Notes: generated by a model not told the origin, from the letters alone. A stretch of 52,870 nt of DNA from Peptococcaceae bacterium UBA3933 (GCA_002385805.1 DGEF01000066.1:1-52870), one strand, 5' to 3'. Positions 27,472 to 37,475 are shown, counted from the stretch's first letter. Made by a program: numbers and translations.

Positions 27472-29304
27472 ATGAGTAAAGTAATCGGTATTGACTTAGG
27501 AACCACTAACTCCTGTGTAGCTGTAATGGAGGGTGGCGAGCCGGTAATAATTCCTAATGCAGAAGGAAACCGGACTACTCCTTCTGTAGTAGGTTTTTCC
27601 AAAACAGGAGAGCGTTTGGTGGGTCAAGTAGCCAAACGGCAGGCAATTACCAATCCTGATAGAACCATAAGTTCAATTAAAAGACATATGGGTACAACTT
27701 ACAAGGTGAAAATAGATAATAAGGAATATACACCTCAAGAAATTTCCGCTATGATCTTGCAAAAATTAAAAGCCGATGCGGAAAGTTATTTAGGTGAACC
27801 GGTAACCAAAGCGGTAATTACCGTGCCCGCTTATTTTACCGACAGTCAACGTCAAGCAACTAAAGATGCTGGAAGAATTGCCGGCTTAGAGGTTTTAAGA
27901 ATTATTAATGAGCCGACCGCTGCATCTTTAGCTTATGGATTAGATAAAGAAGAAGACCAAACTATTTTAGTTTTCGACTTAGGCGGCGGAACCTTTGATG
28001 TTTCTATCCTGGAACTGGGTGACGGTGTTTTCGAAGTAAAAGCCACCGCCGGAAATAACCGCTTGGGCGGTGATGATTTTGACCAAAGGATTATTGATTG
28101 GATGGTTGAGGATTTTAAGAAACAGACTTCCGTTGATTTAACCAAAGATAAGATGGCCATGCAACGGTTAAAAGAAGCTGCGGAAAAAGCTAAAATTGAG
28201 TTGTCTTCCGTTACAACTACCAACATTAACTTGCCCTTTATTACGGCTACTGCCGATGGACCTCAGCATTTGGATATGACTTTAACCAGAGCTAAATTTG
28301 ACGAATTAACTGCCGATTTAGTGGAAAAAACCATGGGTCCCACCCGTCAGGCTTTGGCCGATGCAGGGTTGAAGCCTCAAGATATTGATAAAGTTATTTT
28401 AGTAGGTGGTTCTACACGGATTCCTGCGGTGCAGGAGGCGATTAAGAAGTATTTAGGAAAAGAACCCCATAAAGGCATTAACCCTGATGAATGTGTGGCT
28501 ATTGGTGCTGCAATTCAAGCAGGGGTATTAGCCGGTGAAGTAAAAGACGTTCTGTTATTGGATGTTACTCCTTTGTCTTTAGGTATTGAAACATTAGGTG
28601 GAGTGTTTACTAAATTAATTGAGCGGAATACCACCATTCCTACTTCCAAAAGCCAGATATTCTCAACGGCAGCCGATAATCAAACCACTGTAGAAATCCA
28701 TGTCCTACAGGGCGAAAGAGAAATGGCTGCTTACAACAAAACCTTAGGACGTTTCCAATTAACCGGTATTCCACCTGCTCCTAGAGGTGTTCCACAGATT
28801 GAAGTTAAATTTGATATAGATGCTAACGGAATTGTTAATGTTTCGGCTAAGGATTTGGGAACCGGAAGAGAACAGGCTATTACCATTAAGTCCTCCAGTG
28901 GTTTATCTGACGAGGAAATAGAAAAAATGATCAAAGAGGCGGAAGCCAATGCGGAAGCTGACAAGAAACGTAGAGAAGAAGCGGAAACCAGAAACCAGGC
29001 GGATTCGTTAATTTATCAAACTGAGAAGACCTTAAAAGAATTAGGGGATAAAGTCAGTGCCCAAGAGAAAGAACAGGTAGAAAAAGCCAAAGAGGATTTG
29101 AAAAAAGCTTTAGAAAGCAATAACATTGCTGATATTAAATCTAAAATTGAATCTTTAACTGAAGAACTTTATAAACTAACCTCCAAAATGTATCAGCAGG
29201 CTAATCCCGGCCAGGACCAAGCCGGCCCTCAAGGGCAAGCTTCTCAGGATGATAACGTAGTTGATGCAGAATTTAGAGAAGTTAATGAGGATGATAATAA
29301 ATAA
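27472..29304 (+). CDS. dnaK: molecular chaperone DnaK (Hsp70)
   Basis: '[14 protein letters not shown]', '[12 protein letters not shown]', '[11 protein letters not shown]'. 610 aa. Confidence 0.97.
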   Translation: MSKVIGIDLGTTNSCVAVMEGGEPVIIPNAEGNRTTPSVVGFSKTGERLVGQVAKRQAITNPDRTISSIKRHMGTTYKVKIDNKEYTPQEISAMILQKLKADAESYLGEPVTKAVITVPAYFTDSQRQATKDAGRIAGLEVLRIINEPTAASLAYGLDKEEDQTILVFDLGGGTFDVSILELGDGVFEVKATAGNNRLGGDDFDQRIIDWMVEDFKKQTSVDLTKDKMAMQRLKEAAEKAKIELSSVTTTNINLPFITATADGPQHLDMTLTRAKFDELTADLVEKTMGPTRQALADAGLKPQDIDKVILVGGSTRIPAVQEAIKKYLGKEPHKGINPDECVAIGAAIQAGVLAGEVKDVLLLDVTPLSLGIETLGGVFTKLIERNTTIPTSKSQIFSTAADNQTTVEIHVLQGEREMAAYNKTLGRFQLTGIPPAPRGVPQIEVKFDIDANGIVNVSAKDLGTGREQAITIKSSSGLSDEEIEKMIKEAEANAEADKKRREEAETRNQADSLIYQTEKTLKELGDKVSAQEKEQVEKAKEDLKKALESNNIADIKSKIESLTEELYKLTSKMYQQANPGQDQAGPQGQASQDDNVVDAEFREVNEDDNK

Positions 29305-29436
29305 GTTTAGGTTACTGGCGACTGGCAAATTGAATTGGCAGGGGGATTTTCCTCCTAGCCAATTTTCATTTCCCTAAAAAGTGAAATAGTTTAAAACTTA
29401 GGAAAAACTAAAGGTGTCAGTTAGCCGGTAAGGGGA

Positions 29437-29457
29437 AAATCACCAATCACAAGTCAC
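29437..29457 (+). repeat. three in-phase NARTCAC heptads just 5' of the dnaJ SD
   Basis: AAATCAC CAATCAC AAGTCAC. SD TAAGGAGGTG starts at 29463. The same spacer also has ACTGGCG ACTGGCA (29314-29327). Confidence 0.55.
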
Positions 29458-29479
29458 TTATATAAGGAGGTGAACCGGG

Positions 29480-30628
29480 ATGGCTAAACGGGACTACTAT
29501 GAAGTGCTAGGTGTGAGCAGGGACGCAAGTGAAGATGATATCAAAAAAGCTTATCGCAAGCTAGCCCGGAAATATCACCCAGATGTTAACCCGGGAGATA
29601 AAGAGGCAGAGGAAAAATTTAAAGAAATTAACGAAGCTTATGAGGTATTGTCCGACCCTGAAAAGAGAGCCCGTTATGATCAGTTCGGTCATGCTGGTTT
29701 TGATAATAATGGCTTTGGTGGTGCTGGCTTCGGTGGTCATGACTTTGGCGGTTTTAGTGATATCTTTGATATGTTCTTCGGTAGTGCTTTTGGCGGGCAG
29801 ACCCGGAGAGGACCACGTAAAGGGGCTGATGTTCGCTATGAGCTAACTATCGAGTTTGAAGAGGCCGCTTTTGGTACAACCAAAACTATTACTATCCCGC
29901 GGTGGGAGAGTTGTTCCGCCTGCCATGGTACAGGTGCCAGGAAAGGAACACAGCCTGTTACATGCCCGCGGTGTAAAGGAACAGGCCAAATAGCTCATAC
30001 CCAGAGAACGCCTTTAGGGCATTTTCAAAGTATTCGTACTTGCCCGGAATGTCAGGGTGAAGGTAAAGTCATTAAAGACCCTTGTCCACAGTGTAGAGGT
30101 AAAGGGAAAATTAGACGGAATCGCAAGGTTGAAATTAAAGTTCCCGCCGGTGTTGACACAGGCTCGCGTCTGCGGATGTCCGGTGAAGGTGAGGCAGGGG
30201 AGTTAGGTGGACCGCCTGGGGACTTATATATAATTATTAATGTTAAACCACATAAATATTTTGTGCGGCAGGGTGATGATATTTACTTAGAACAGCCTAT
30301 TAGTTTCGTTCAGGCTGCTTTAGGTGGAGAAATAGAAATTCCTACTTTAGAAGGGAAGGTTAAGTTTAAACTTCCTGAAGGAGTACAAACAGATACTATC
30401 TTTAGGTTAAAAGGAAAAGGGATTCAAAATGTCCAAGGTTATGGCAAAGGTGATCAACACGTAAAAGTAAAAGTAGTAACACCGAGAAACCTTACCAAGG
30501 AACAGAAAGAGTTGCTGAAAAAATTTGGTGAAACCTTGGGGGAAAATCCGGGAAAAATAGAGAAAGAAAGTAATGAACAAAAAGATAAAAGTTTCTTTGA
30601 TAAAGTTAAAGATGCTTTTAGAAATTAA
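29480..30628 (+). CDS. dnaJ: co-chaperone DnaJ (Hsp40)
   Basis: J domain '[22 protein letters not shown]', G/F region, four CxxCxG zinc motifs. Confidence 0.95.
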   Translation: MAKRDYYEVLGVSRDASEDDIKKAYRKLARKYHPDVNPGDKEAEEKFKEINEAYEVLSDPEKRARYDQFGHAGFDNNGFGGAGFGGHDFGGFSDIFDMFFGSAFGGQTRRGPRKGADVRYELTIEFEEAAFGTTKTITIPRWESCSACHGTGARKGTQPVTCPRCKGTGQIAHTQRTPLGHFQSIRTCPECQGEGKVIKDPCPQCRGKGKIRRNRKVEIKVPAGVDTGSRLRMSGEGEAGELGGPPGDLYIIINVKPHKYFVRQGDDIYLEQPISFVQAALGGEIEIPTLEGKVKFKLPEGVQTDTIFRLKGKGIQNVQGYGKGDQHVKVKVVTPRNLTKEQKELLKKFGETLGENPGKIEKESNEQKDKSFFDKVKDAFRN

Positions 30629-30640
30629 GGAGAAGAAAAT

Positions 30641-31570
30641 ATGGAATGGTTAGAAATTAGAGTTACCACGGAAAGTGAAGTTATTGAGGGAATAGCCAAT
30701 ATATTCCATGAGCTGGGGGCCGGTGGAGTAGTTATTGAAGACCCCCAGTTAATTGCCTATTACACCCAAAAAGGCCAATGGGATGATCATGAGTTTTCTG
30801 AGGAAATCTTAGAAAAACAAGAAGTAGTCGTTAAAGGTTATCTGCCGATAGATGAACATTTATTGCAAAAGCTGGAAGAATTAAAACAAGAGTTACAACA
30901 AATAGGCTCCAGAATGGGAAACGTGCCTATAAAAATTAATGCCAATGAGGTTCAGGAAGAAGACTGGGCTAATTCTTGGAAGGCATATTTTAAACCGGAA
31001 CGGATAGGTAAAAGGACTGTCATTAAACCTTCCTGGGAGGAGTATTCTTCTCAGGAAGGTGATTTAATAATTGAATTGGATCCGGGTATGGCCTTCGGAA
31101 CGGGAAATCACGCTACTACAGCATTATGCATAAAACTTTTAGAGAAATATGTGCAAAAAGGCATGGAAGTTTTTGATGTGGGCACGGGAAGCGGTATTTT
31201 AAGTATTCTGGCGGCTAAATTGGGGGCTGATTTTGTCCAAGCTTTTGATTATGACACAGTGGCTATTAAAGCGGCACGGGATAATGTTAGTTTAAACAAC
31301 TTAGAAAATAAAATTGAGGTAAAAGAAAGTGACCTTCTTCGGGAGGCCGTGGGAAGTGCCGATTTAGTGGTTGCCAATATAATAGCCGATATTATTATTA
31401 AGCTTATTCCGCAAGTTTCTTTAAAATTAAGAGAACGAGGTATTTTTATCTCTTCAGGTATTATTCAAGAAAGACAGGATGAGGTGTTAAAAGTACTGGC
31501 GGAATATGGCTTTACTGTTTTGGAGATAAAGGAACAAGAGGGTTGGGTGGCCATAGTTGCCCAAAAATAA
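30641..31570 (+). CDS. prmA: ribosomal protein L11 methyltransferase
   Basis: PrmA-type 'DPGMAFGTGNHATT' and SAM motif 'VFDVGTGSGIL'. Conserved position after dnaJ. Confidence 0.9.
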   Translation: MEWLEIRVTTESEVIEGIANIFHELGAGGVVIEDPQLIAYYTQKGQWDDHEFSEEILEKQEVVVKGYLPIDEHLLQKLEELKQELQQIGSRMGNVPIKINANEVQEEDWANSWKAYFKPERIGKRTVIKPSWEEYSSQEGDLIIELDPGMAFGTGNHATTALCIKLLEKYVQKGMEVFDVGTGSGILSILAAKLGADFVQAFDYDTVAIKAARDNVSLNNLENKIEVKESDLLREAVGSADLVVANIIADIIIKLIPQVSLKLRERGIFISSGIIQERQDEVLKVLAEYGFTVLEIKEQEGWVAIVAQK

Positions 31571-31592
31571 TAATTCTGGAGAGTAAAGAAAG

Positions 31593-32333
31593 ATGCGACG
31601 TTTTTTTGTCTCGGCTGAAGAAATTAAGAATAATAAGGCCTTCATATCAGGTTCAAATGCTCACCATTTGGCTACTGTTTTGCGCCTTAAGGAAGGCGCA
31701 AAAATTATTGTTTTTGATGGAACCGGATGGGAGTATGTGGTTGTTTTAAAGAAAATAACCAAAGAATTGGTAGAAGGTGAAATTGAGGAAAAAAGGGTTT
31801 CTTTACGGGAAACAAAATCCGAGATAACTTTGATTCAGGGTATCCCTAAAGGGGATAAAATGGATTTTATCATTCAGAAGTGTACGGAATTGGGGGTTGC
31901 GAAAATTATTCCCCTTATAACAGAGCGCACTGTGGTTAAACTAGATAAGGAAAGGATGGCCAAAAAACAAAACCGATGGCAAAAAATTGCTCAAGAAGCG
32001 GCTAAACAGTGCCAAAGAGCCACGGTTCCAGTAATTTCAGAAATTTATTCATGGCCGGTTCTACTTACCTCATTAACTACTTCAGACCCGGCGGTTGTTT
32101 TATGGGAAAAGGAAGAGGCCCGGGGTTTTAAAGATTATTTACAAAGTAAACCGGAATTAACGAAGTTACAGATAATTATTGGGCCGGAAGGCGGTTTTTC
32201 CCAAGGAGAAATTGAACAATTGAGAGAAAAAGGTGTTCAGAGCGTAACTTTAGGCCCTAGAATACTGCGAACAGAAACAGCTGGTTTGGCTGCCTTAACG
32301 ATGGTTCTTTACCAATTAGGTGATTTGGGGTGA
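31593..32333 (+). CDS. rsmE: 16S rRNA (uracil1498-N3)-methyltransferase
   Basis: RsmE family 'MRRFFV' N-terminus, 'IGPEGGFS..E' and 'LGPRILRTETA' motifs. Confidence 0.88.
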   Translation: MRRFFVSAEEIKNNKAFISGSNAHHLATVLRLKEGAKIIVFDGTGWEYVVVLKKITKELVEGEIEEKRVSLRETKSEITLIQGIPKGDKMDFIIQKCTELGVAKIIPLITERTVVKLDKERMAKKQNRWQKIAQEAAKQCQRATVPVISEIYSWPVLLTSLTTSDPAVVLWEKEEARGFKDYLQSKPELTKLQIIIGPEGGFSQGEIEQLREKGVQSVTLGPRILRTETAGLAALTMVLYQLGDLG

Positions 32334-33655
32334 ATATATTGGTTAATCCCACAGTAGCTTTTTACACACTAGGTTGTAAGGTCAATCAAAACGAAACTGA
32401 AGCTTTAGGGGCTTTATTCAAAAACCATGGATATTCTGTTGTAGATTTTAATGAAAAAGCTGATGTATATGTGATCAATACCTGTACGGTGACTCATTTA
32501 GGTGATAGAAAATCCCGCCAGATGATTAGACGAGCCGTTAACAATAACCCTGAGGCGATTATCGTAGTAACAGGGTGTTATGCCCAAACCTCTCCTGAGG
32601 ACGTAAAAAAAATTTACGGAGTAGATTTAATCATCGGTACCAGGGACCGGGCGCGGATGGTAGAACTGGTAGAAGAATATAAAAAAGGTCAGGAACCTAT
32701 TACTTTTGTAGGTGACATTTTTCAAGCCCGGGATTTTGAAGAGCTCCCCATAGATCGTTTAATAAATCGTACCAGGGCTTACTTAAAAGTACAGGAAGGG
32801 TGCCAGCAATTTTGCACGTACTGCATTATTCCCTATGCCCGTGGTCCCTTACGTAGTAGAAGTATAGAAAGTGCTATCAAAGAAGCAAACAAATTAGTTG
32901 AAGCCGGGTTTAAGGAGTTAATTCTTACAGGCATACATCTAGGGGCATATGGAAAAGACTTATCAGAAAATATAGATCTCGCTGATTTATGCAGAGAGAT
33001 CCTGGAAAAAACTAAAATTGAAAGGCTTAGGTTGAGTTCTTTAGAGTCTGTGGAAATAAGTGATGAGCTTTTAAATTTAATGGCAGACAACCCCAGGTTT
33101 TGCCGTCATCTACACATTCCTCTGCAGAATGGGGACGATGAGATTTTAAAATTAATGAACAGGCCCTATACTACTGCAGATTTTCGTCACCTTATTCAAA
33201 AAATCAGAAATAAGATCCCCGATATAGGTATTACTTCCGATATTATGGTAGGTTTTCCCGGTGAAACTGATACTCATTTTGCTAATAGTTTGGCTTTTGT
33301 GGAGGAAATGGGCTTCAGTGGGCTACATGTATTTAAATATTCCCCCCGCAAAGGTACACCTGCCAGCAAGTTTCCCAACCAGGTCCCTGCTCCTGTAAAA
33401 GAAAAACGCAGCAAGGCTATGCTAAAATTAGCAGAGCAGGGCTTTGTTAACTTTGCCCAAAAATACGTGGGGAAAACCTTGGATGTTTTAGTGGAAACCG
33501 AATGGCCTCAAGGTGGATGGGAAGGACACACGGACAACTATTTACGTGTAATCTTAACGGAAGAAGTTAATAAAGGTGAAATAGTTCCTGTTCGGATTAA
33601 AAGTGTAGAGAAAAAATATGTCCGCGGTGAACTTATAAAAGCAGGAACTGAGTAA
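32330..33655 (+). CDS. mtaB: tRNA methylthiotransferase MtaB (YqeV)
   Basis: UPF0004 N-terminal domain ('TLGCKVNQ'), radical SAM 'CQQFCTYCIIPYARG', TRAM C-terminus. 4-nt overlap with rsmE. Confidence 0.88.
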   Translation: MNILVNPTVAFYTLGCKVNQNETEALGALFKNHGYSVVDFNEKADVYVINTCTVTHLGDRKSRQMIRRAVNNNPEAIIVVTGCYAQTSPEDVKKIYGVDLIIGTRDRARMVELVEEYKKGQEPITFVGDIFQARDFEELPIDRLINRTRAYLKVQEGCQQFCTYCIIPYARGPLRSRSIESAIKEANKLVEAGFKELILTGIHLGAYGKDLSENIDLADLCREILEKTKIERLRLSSLESVEISDELLNLMADNPRFCRHLHIPLQNGDDEILKLMNRPYTTADFRHLIQKIRNKIPDIGITSDIMVGFPGETDTHFANSLAFVEEMGFSGLHVFKYSPRKGTPASKFPNQVPAPVKEKRSKAMLKLAEQGFVNFAQKYVGKTLDVLVETEWPQGGWEGHTDNYLRVILTEEVNKGEIVPVRIKSVEKKYVRGELIKAGTE

Positions 33656-33762
33656 AAAATGTAGAAGAGTATCTATGATGTTTTATGAAACTGTATATTT
33701 ATTTAAACCACGGATGGATACTGATACATTAATGTCTACTAGTGAGCGAGTGGGCGAGATTC

Positions 33763-33812
33763 TAGTCACTAGTCACTAAATTACTAGCCACCAGCCACTA
33801 ACAACTAGCCAC
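33763..33812 (+). repeat. heptad array (YAGYCAC/TAAnnAC, 7 units) directly 5' of the HIT-gene SD
   Basis: TAGTCAC TAGTCAC TAAATTAC TAGCCAC CAGCCAC TAACAAC TAGCCAC. An inverted partial copy lies at 33738-33758. ACTAGTGA (33738-33745) is complementary to TCACTAGT (33766-33773). Confidence 0.8.
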
Positions 33813-33835
33813 TACTACGGTGGGGAGGTGAAAAC

Positions 33836-34180
33836 ATGAGTGATTGTCTATTTTGCAAAATCGCCCAAAAAGAAATTCCTGCACAGGTAGTTTACGAAGA
33901 TGAAAAAGTAATGGCCTTTAATGATATAAATCCCCAAGCACCTGTTCATATCCTGGTAATACCTAAGAAACATATTACTGATTTAGTAAATTTAGAGGAA
34001 AATGATTTGTCCCTAATTGCTGAGATTTTTAAGATAATCAAACAGATTGCCGGGGAGAAAGGTTTGGATCAAGAGGGATACCGGGTTGTTAATAACTGTG
34101 GAGAAAAAGGTGGTCAAACAGTTCCTCATTTACATTTTCATCTTCTCGGCGGTAGACAAATGAATTGGCCTCCTGGTTAA
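33836..34180 (+). CDS. histidine triad (HIT) nucleotide-binding protein
   Basis: 114 aa. 'CLFCKI', 'DINPQAPVHILVIPKKH' and HIT motif 'HLHFHLLGG'. Confidence 0.9.
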   Translation: MSDCLFCKIAQKEIPAQVVYEDEKVMAFNDINPQAPVHILVIPKKHITDLVNLEENDLSLIAEIFKIIKQIAGEKGLDQEGYRVVNNCGEKGGQTVPHLHFHLLGGRQMNWPPG

Positions 34181-34182
34181 AC

Positions 34183-34211
34183 TTGATTAAAAATAGTTAT
34201 TTTAGTATAAT
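34183..34211 (+). promoter_or_regulatory. candidate sigma-A promoter of rpsU
   Basis: TTGATT (34183-34188), 17-nt spacer, TATAAT (34206-34211). Confidence 0.55.
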
Positions 34212-34241
34212 TAGTCATGTGTCAATTTTATCCCTAGTTAG

Positions 34242-34278
34242 CTAATCTAAGTAGAACAATAAGTTCTACGCGGATTAG
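34242..34278 (+). other. two-tier hairpin in the rpsU 5' leader
   Basis: CTAATC/GATTAG outer stem (34242-47 / 34273-78) and GTAGAAC/GTTCTAC inner stem (34251-57 / 34263-69), 20 nt upstream of the ATG. Confidence 0.5.
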
Positions 34279-34298
34279 TAGTGGAGGGAGGGAGAATA

Positions 34299-34478
34299 AT
34301 GAGTGAAGTAATTGTTGGGAAAAACGAAACACTAGATAGTGCTCTGCGCAGATTCAAGCGTTCCTGTCAAAAAGCCGGTGTATTATCCGAATGCAGAAAA
34401 AGGGAGCATTATGAAAAGCCAAGTGTGAGAAGAAAGAAAAAATCCGAAGCCGCTAGGAAAAAAAGAAGATATAATTAA
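34299..34478 (+). CDS. rpsU: 30S ribosomal protein S21
   Basis: '[44 protein letters not shown]'. ATG 34299 behind GGAGGGAGGGAG. The track start 34281 lies inside the SD. Confidence 0.93.
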   Translation: MSEVIVGKNETLDSALRRFKRSCQKAGVLSECRKREHYEKPSVRRKKKSEAARKKRRYN

Positions 34479-34490
34479 TTTAAGTCAATA

Positions 34491-34522
34491 AAAGGCAGTC
34501 CTTTCATAGGCTGCCTTTTCTT
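34491..34522 (+). terminator. intrinsic terminator after rpsU
   Basis: AAGGCAG / CTGCCTT stem followed by a T-rich run. Confidence 0.7.
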
Positions 34523-34615
34523 AATATAAAATTAAGGAAGGACATGAAAAAAACCTTGCTAAGAGGCGGTTATAAAAATATAATATGTTAAAGGATTTTT
34601 AAAAGGGGTGAAAAA

Positions 34616-35929
34616 ATGGTTCCAGGGAAAAAAACCACTACTTTTTTAATTTTACTAGTTTTTTTACTACTGTTCGTTTTACCCGGTTCTGCGGCTGACT
34701 TTCATAAAGTAATGGTTATACCTTTAGAAAACAATATTGAGACAGGTTTAGCCTCTTTTATTGAGAGGGCATTTGAAGAAGCAGAACAGGAAGATGTGGA
34801 TCTGGTAATTTTAGAAATTCACACTCCCGGAGGGAGAGTGGATGCTGCTATTAACATAAAAAATACCATTCTCAACTCCTCTTTACCTACGGCTGCTTTA
34901 ATTAAAGGGCAGGCTCTTTCCGCCGGTTCTCTTATAGCCTTGGCTTGCGACCATATAGCCATGCAGCCCGGCTCAACCATTGGTGATGCTGAGCCAATGA
35001 TCGGTACAGAACGTGCCGGAGAAAAAATATTATCTGCCTGGAAGGAAGAATTGGCGGCAGCAGCTGAGGCTAATGGACGTGATGGAGAAATAGCCAAAGC
35101 TTTTGCAGATCGGGATATGGAGATAGAAGGGGTTACGGAGAAAGGAAGGCTTTTAACTCTCACTCCTAAAAGGGCTATGGAATTGGGAATAGCTGATTAT
35201 GAAGTGGCTAATCTGGAAGAATTATTAGAATTTTTCAGTCTAGGTGGTGCTCAAATCATTTCGGCTAATCCTACCGTTGCGGAAAGAATAGCCAGGTTTG
35301 TTACAGACCCTGTAGTTGCTCCTGTTTTGTTAACCCTTGGTATTGCCGGTTTGGTTATTGAGATAATTACAGTTGGTTTTGGCCTATTTGGTATTCTTGG
35401 TATCATCTGTTTATTATTGTTTTTCGGCGGTCACTTAATTGCCGGTTTTTCCGGTTGGGAAGCCATACTTTTATTCCTCTTAGGTTTAATATTAATGATC
35501 ATTGAGGCCTTCTCCCCTGGGTTTGGCATATTCGGTATAGGAGGATTACTTGCTTTTATAGTAAGTATAATCCTTGTTTCCCCAAGTTTTGAAGCGGCTT
35601 TAATTTCTCTAACCATTGCCATTATCGGTACCATAGCGCTGGTTCTTTTAAGCTTAAAATTTTTAACCGCCCGTAACTTTTGGAAAAGAATTGTTCTCGG
35701 AGATAAATTAGTTACTGAAGAAGGATATGTGGCCAGTAAACAGGATTTAATTGAACATCTACATAAGGAGGGAGTTAGTCTAACAGATTTAAGACCGGCA
35801 GGAACAGTTGAATTAGATGACGGTACCAGGTTAGATGTTGTTTCTACAGGAGATTATATTAGTAAAGGAAGCAAAGTAAAAATAATTAAAGTTGAAGGAA
35901 ATAGAATAGTAGTACGGAAAGCTGATTAA
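34616..35929 (+). CDS. membrane-bound NfeD-family protein (ClpP-like domain + TM block + OB-fold), YqeZ-like
   Basis: 437 aa. Signal/anchor, ClpP-class fold region ('IHTPGGRVDAA', 'SAGSLIALACD'), about 5 TM helices, C-terminal NfeD OB segment. Precedes floA as in B. subtilis. Confidence 0.8.
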   Translation: MVPGKKTTTFLILLVFLLLFVLPGSAADFHKVMVIPLENNIETGLASFIERAFEEAEQEDVDLVILEIHTPGGRVDAAINIKNTILNSSLPTAALIKGQALSAGSLIALACDHIAMQPGSTIGDAEPMIGTERAGEKILSAWKEELAAAAEANGRDGEIAKAFADRDMEIEGVTEKGRLLTLTPKRAMELGIADYEVANLEELLEFFSLGGAQIISANPTVAERIARFVTDPVVAPVLLTLGIAGLVIEIITVGFGLFGILGIICLLLFFGGHLIAGFSGWEAILLFLLGLILMIIEAFSPGFGIFGIGGLLAFIVSIILVSPSFEAALISLTIAIIGTIALVLLSLKFLTARNFWKRIVLGDKLVTEEGYVASKQDLIEHLHKEGVSLTDLRPAGTVELDDGTRLDVVSTGDYISKGSKVKIIKVEGNRIVVRKAD

Positions 35930-35958
35930 CTTTAAAAATTTTCTAAGGAGGGTTTTTT

Positions 35959-36951
35959 ATGTTTTTCGATTTAACGTTTATGATACTGTTTGTCATTTTA
36001 ATTTTAGGTATTGTAATCTTATTTACCATTATTCCGGTGGGGCTCTGGATTTCGGCTTTAGCTGCCGGAGTAAGAGTGGGTCTTTTTACTCTGGTAGGAA
36101 TGAGGCTGAGAAGGGTTGTTCCTTCGAAAATCGTATTGCCTTTGATTAAAGCGGTAAAAGCAGGCTTGGATTTAGATACGTCTAAATTAGAGGCCCACTA
36201 TTTAGCCGGAGGTAATGTAGATAGAGTAGTGGATGCCTTAATTGCTGCTCAAAGAGCAGGTATTGAGTTGAATTTTTCCCGGGCGGCAGCTATTGATTTG
36301 GCCGGTAGGGATGTAAAGGATGCAGTGAAGGTTTCAGTTACTCCCAAAGTTATTGAAACGCCGGTAGTTGCGGCTATGGCTAAAGACGGTATTCAGTTAA
36401 AGGCTACAGCCAGGGTTACCGTAAGAGCAAATATAGAACGGTTAGTAGGGGGAGCGGGAGAGGAAACTATCATTGCCCGGGTAGGTGAAGGGATAGTTTC
36501 CACTATTGGTAGCTCAGACAGCCATAAAAAAGTTTTAGAAAACCCCGATTTGATCTCGAAAACCGTATTGCAGAAAGGCCTGGATGCGGGAACTGCTTTT
36601 GAAATCTTATCTATTGATATTGCTGATGTAGATGTAGGTAAAAACATAGGTGCTGAATTACAGGCTGACCAGGCAGAAGCGGATAAAAAGATTGCTCAAG
36701 CCAAGGCCGAAGAACGTCGCGCCATGGCTGTTGCCACTGAACAGGAAATGCGAGCTAAGGTACAGGAGATGAAGGCTAAGGTTGTGGAAGCAGAAGCAGA
36801 AGTACCTAAAGCTCTGGCTCAAGCTTTGCGGGAAGGTAAACTTGGAGTAATGGATTATTATAATCTGCAAAATATTTTAGCTGATACTAACATGCGCGAG
36901 AACATTGCCAGAACAACTAGTTTGGAGAAGGATAATGAGAAAAAGAAATAA
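35959..36951 (+). CDS. floA: flotillin-like protein FloA (UPF0365/YqfA)
   Basis: 330 aa. N-terminal hairpin anchor, SPFH-like core, Ala/Glu-rich coiled coil '[21 protein letters not shown]'. Confidence 0.88.
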   Translation: MFFDLTFMILFVILILGIVILFTIIPVGLWISALAAGVRVGLFTLVGMRLRRVVPSKIVLPLIKAVKAGLDLDTSKLEAHYLAGGNVDRVVDALIAAQRAGIELNFSRAAAIDLAGRDVKDAVKVSVTPKVIETPVVAAMAKDGIQLKATARVTVRANIERLVGGAGEETIIARVGEGIVSTIGSSDSHKKVLENPDLISKTVLQKGLDAGTAFEILSIDIADVDVGKNIGAELQADQAEADKKIAQAKAEERRAMAVATEQEMRAKVQEMKAKVVEAEAEVPKALAQALREGKLGVMDYYNLQNILADTNMRENIARTTSLEKDNEKKK

Positions 36952-36981
36952 GCAGTTCTCAGATAAATAGACCACAGGAAG

Positions 36982-37449
36982 GTGGTGTTTATTCTGGATT
37001 TTGATATAATAGGTACTCTAATCTTTTTATGGTTTATTTTTAAAGGAATTCGGGATAGTCAGGAGGCCAAAAAAAAGCATGCTCAAAGGCAGAAAACCCA
37101 AAAGGCCGGTCATCACCCCAGAACTTCCCGACGTAAATCCAGAGAATTGGAACCCGTTAAGCCTGTACCACCTGTTTTTCCCACATTTGAACCTGAACCG
37201 GTTCCACCTCTTGTGACTTATAAAGAAAAACCTGAAATAATTACACAGGTTTCTCCCAAAGAAGTAATTAAGAAAAAACAACAAGATTTTATTGAGAAAA
37301 ACAGGCAAATCACAGTGGAAGACCTGGAACAGGAAGACTTTAAAACAACTCTGTCTTTGGAAAGCCAGGCTGTAATTGAAGGAATAATTTGGTCGGAAAT
37401 CCTAGGTCCTCCTAGAGCTAAGAAAAAGCATAGGCCAGGAATATATTAA
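36982..37449 (+). CDS. hypothetical membrane-anchored basic, proline-rich protein (in the position of yqfB)
   Basis: One N-terminal TM helix, then a Lys/Arg- and Pro-rich low-complexity region ('PVKPVPPVFPTFEPEPVPPLV'). Start codon uncertain (GTG 36982 or 36985). Confidence 0.45.
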   Translation: MVFILDFDIIGTLIFLWFIFKGIRDSQEAKKKHAQRQKTQKAGHHPRTSRRKSRELEPVKPVPPVFPTFEPEPVPPLVTYKEKPEIITQVSPKEVIKKKQQDFIEKNRQITVEDLEQEDFKTTLSLESQAVIEGIIWSEILGPPRAKKKHRPGIY

Positions 37450-37475
37450 AAACTCCCTTCGGGGAGTTTTTTTGG
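37448..37475 (+). terminator. intrinsic terminator (UUCG tetraloop)
   Basis: AAAAACTCCC-TTCG-GGGAGTTTTTTT. Confidence 0.88.

Noticed and set aside
29583-29846. 87-aa alternative-frame ORF inside dnaJ. Similar cases occur at 31543-31749 and 38830-39087.
   Set aside because: It is a same-strand frame-shifted reading of the G/F-rich region of dnaJ. The other two are frame-shifted readings of the prmA/rsmE junction and of yqfD. There are no independent start signals.
33763-33812. A genuine HutP or TRAP binding site
   Set aside because: There are no hut or trp genes nearby. The triplets include CAG and UAA, and the spacing fits HutP but not TRAP. It is kept only as an analogy for a possible periodic RNA-binding protein.
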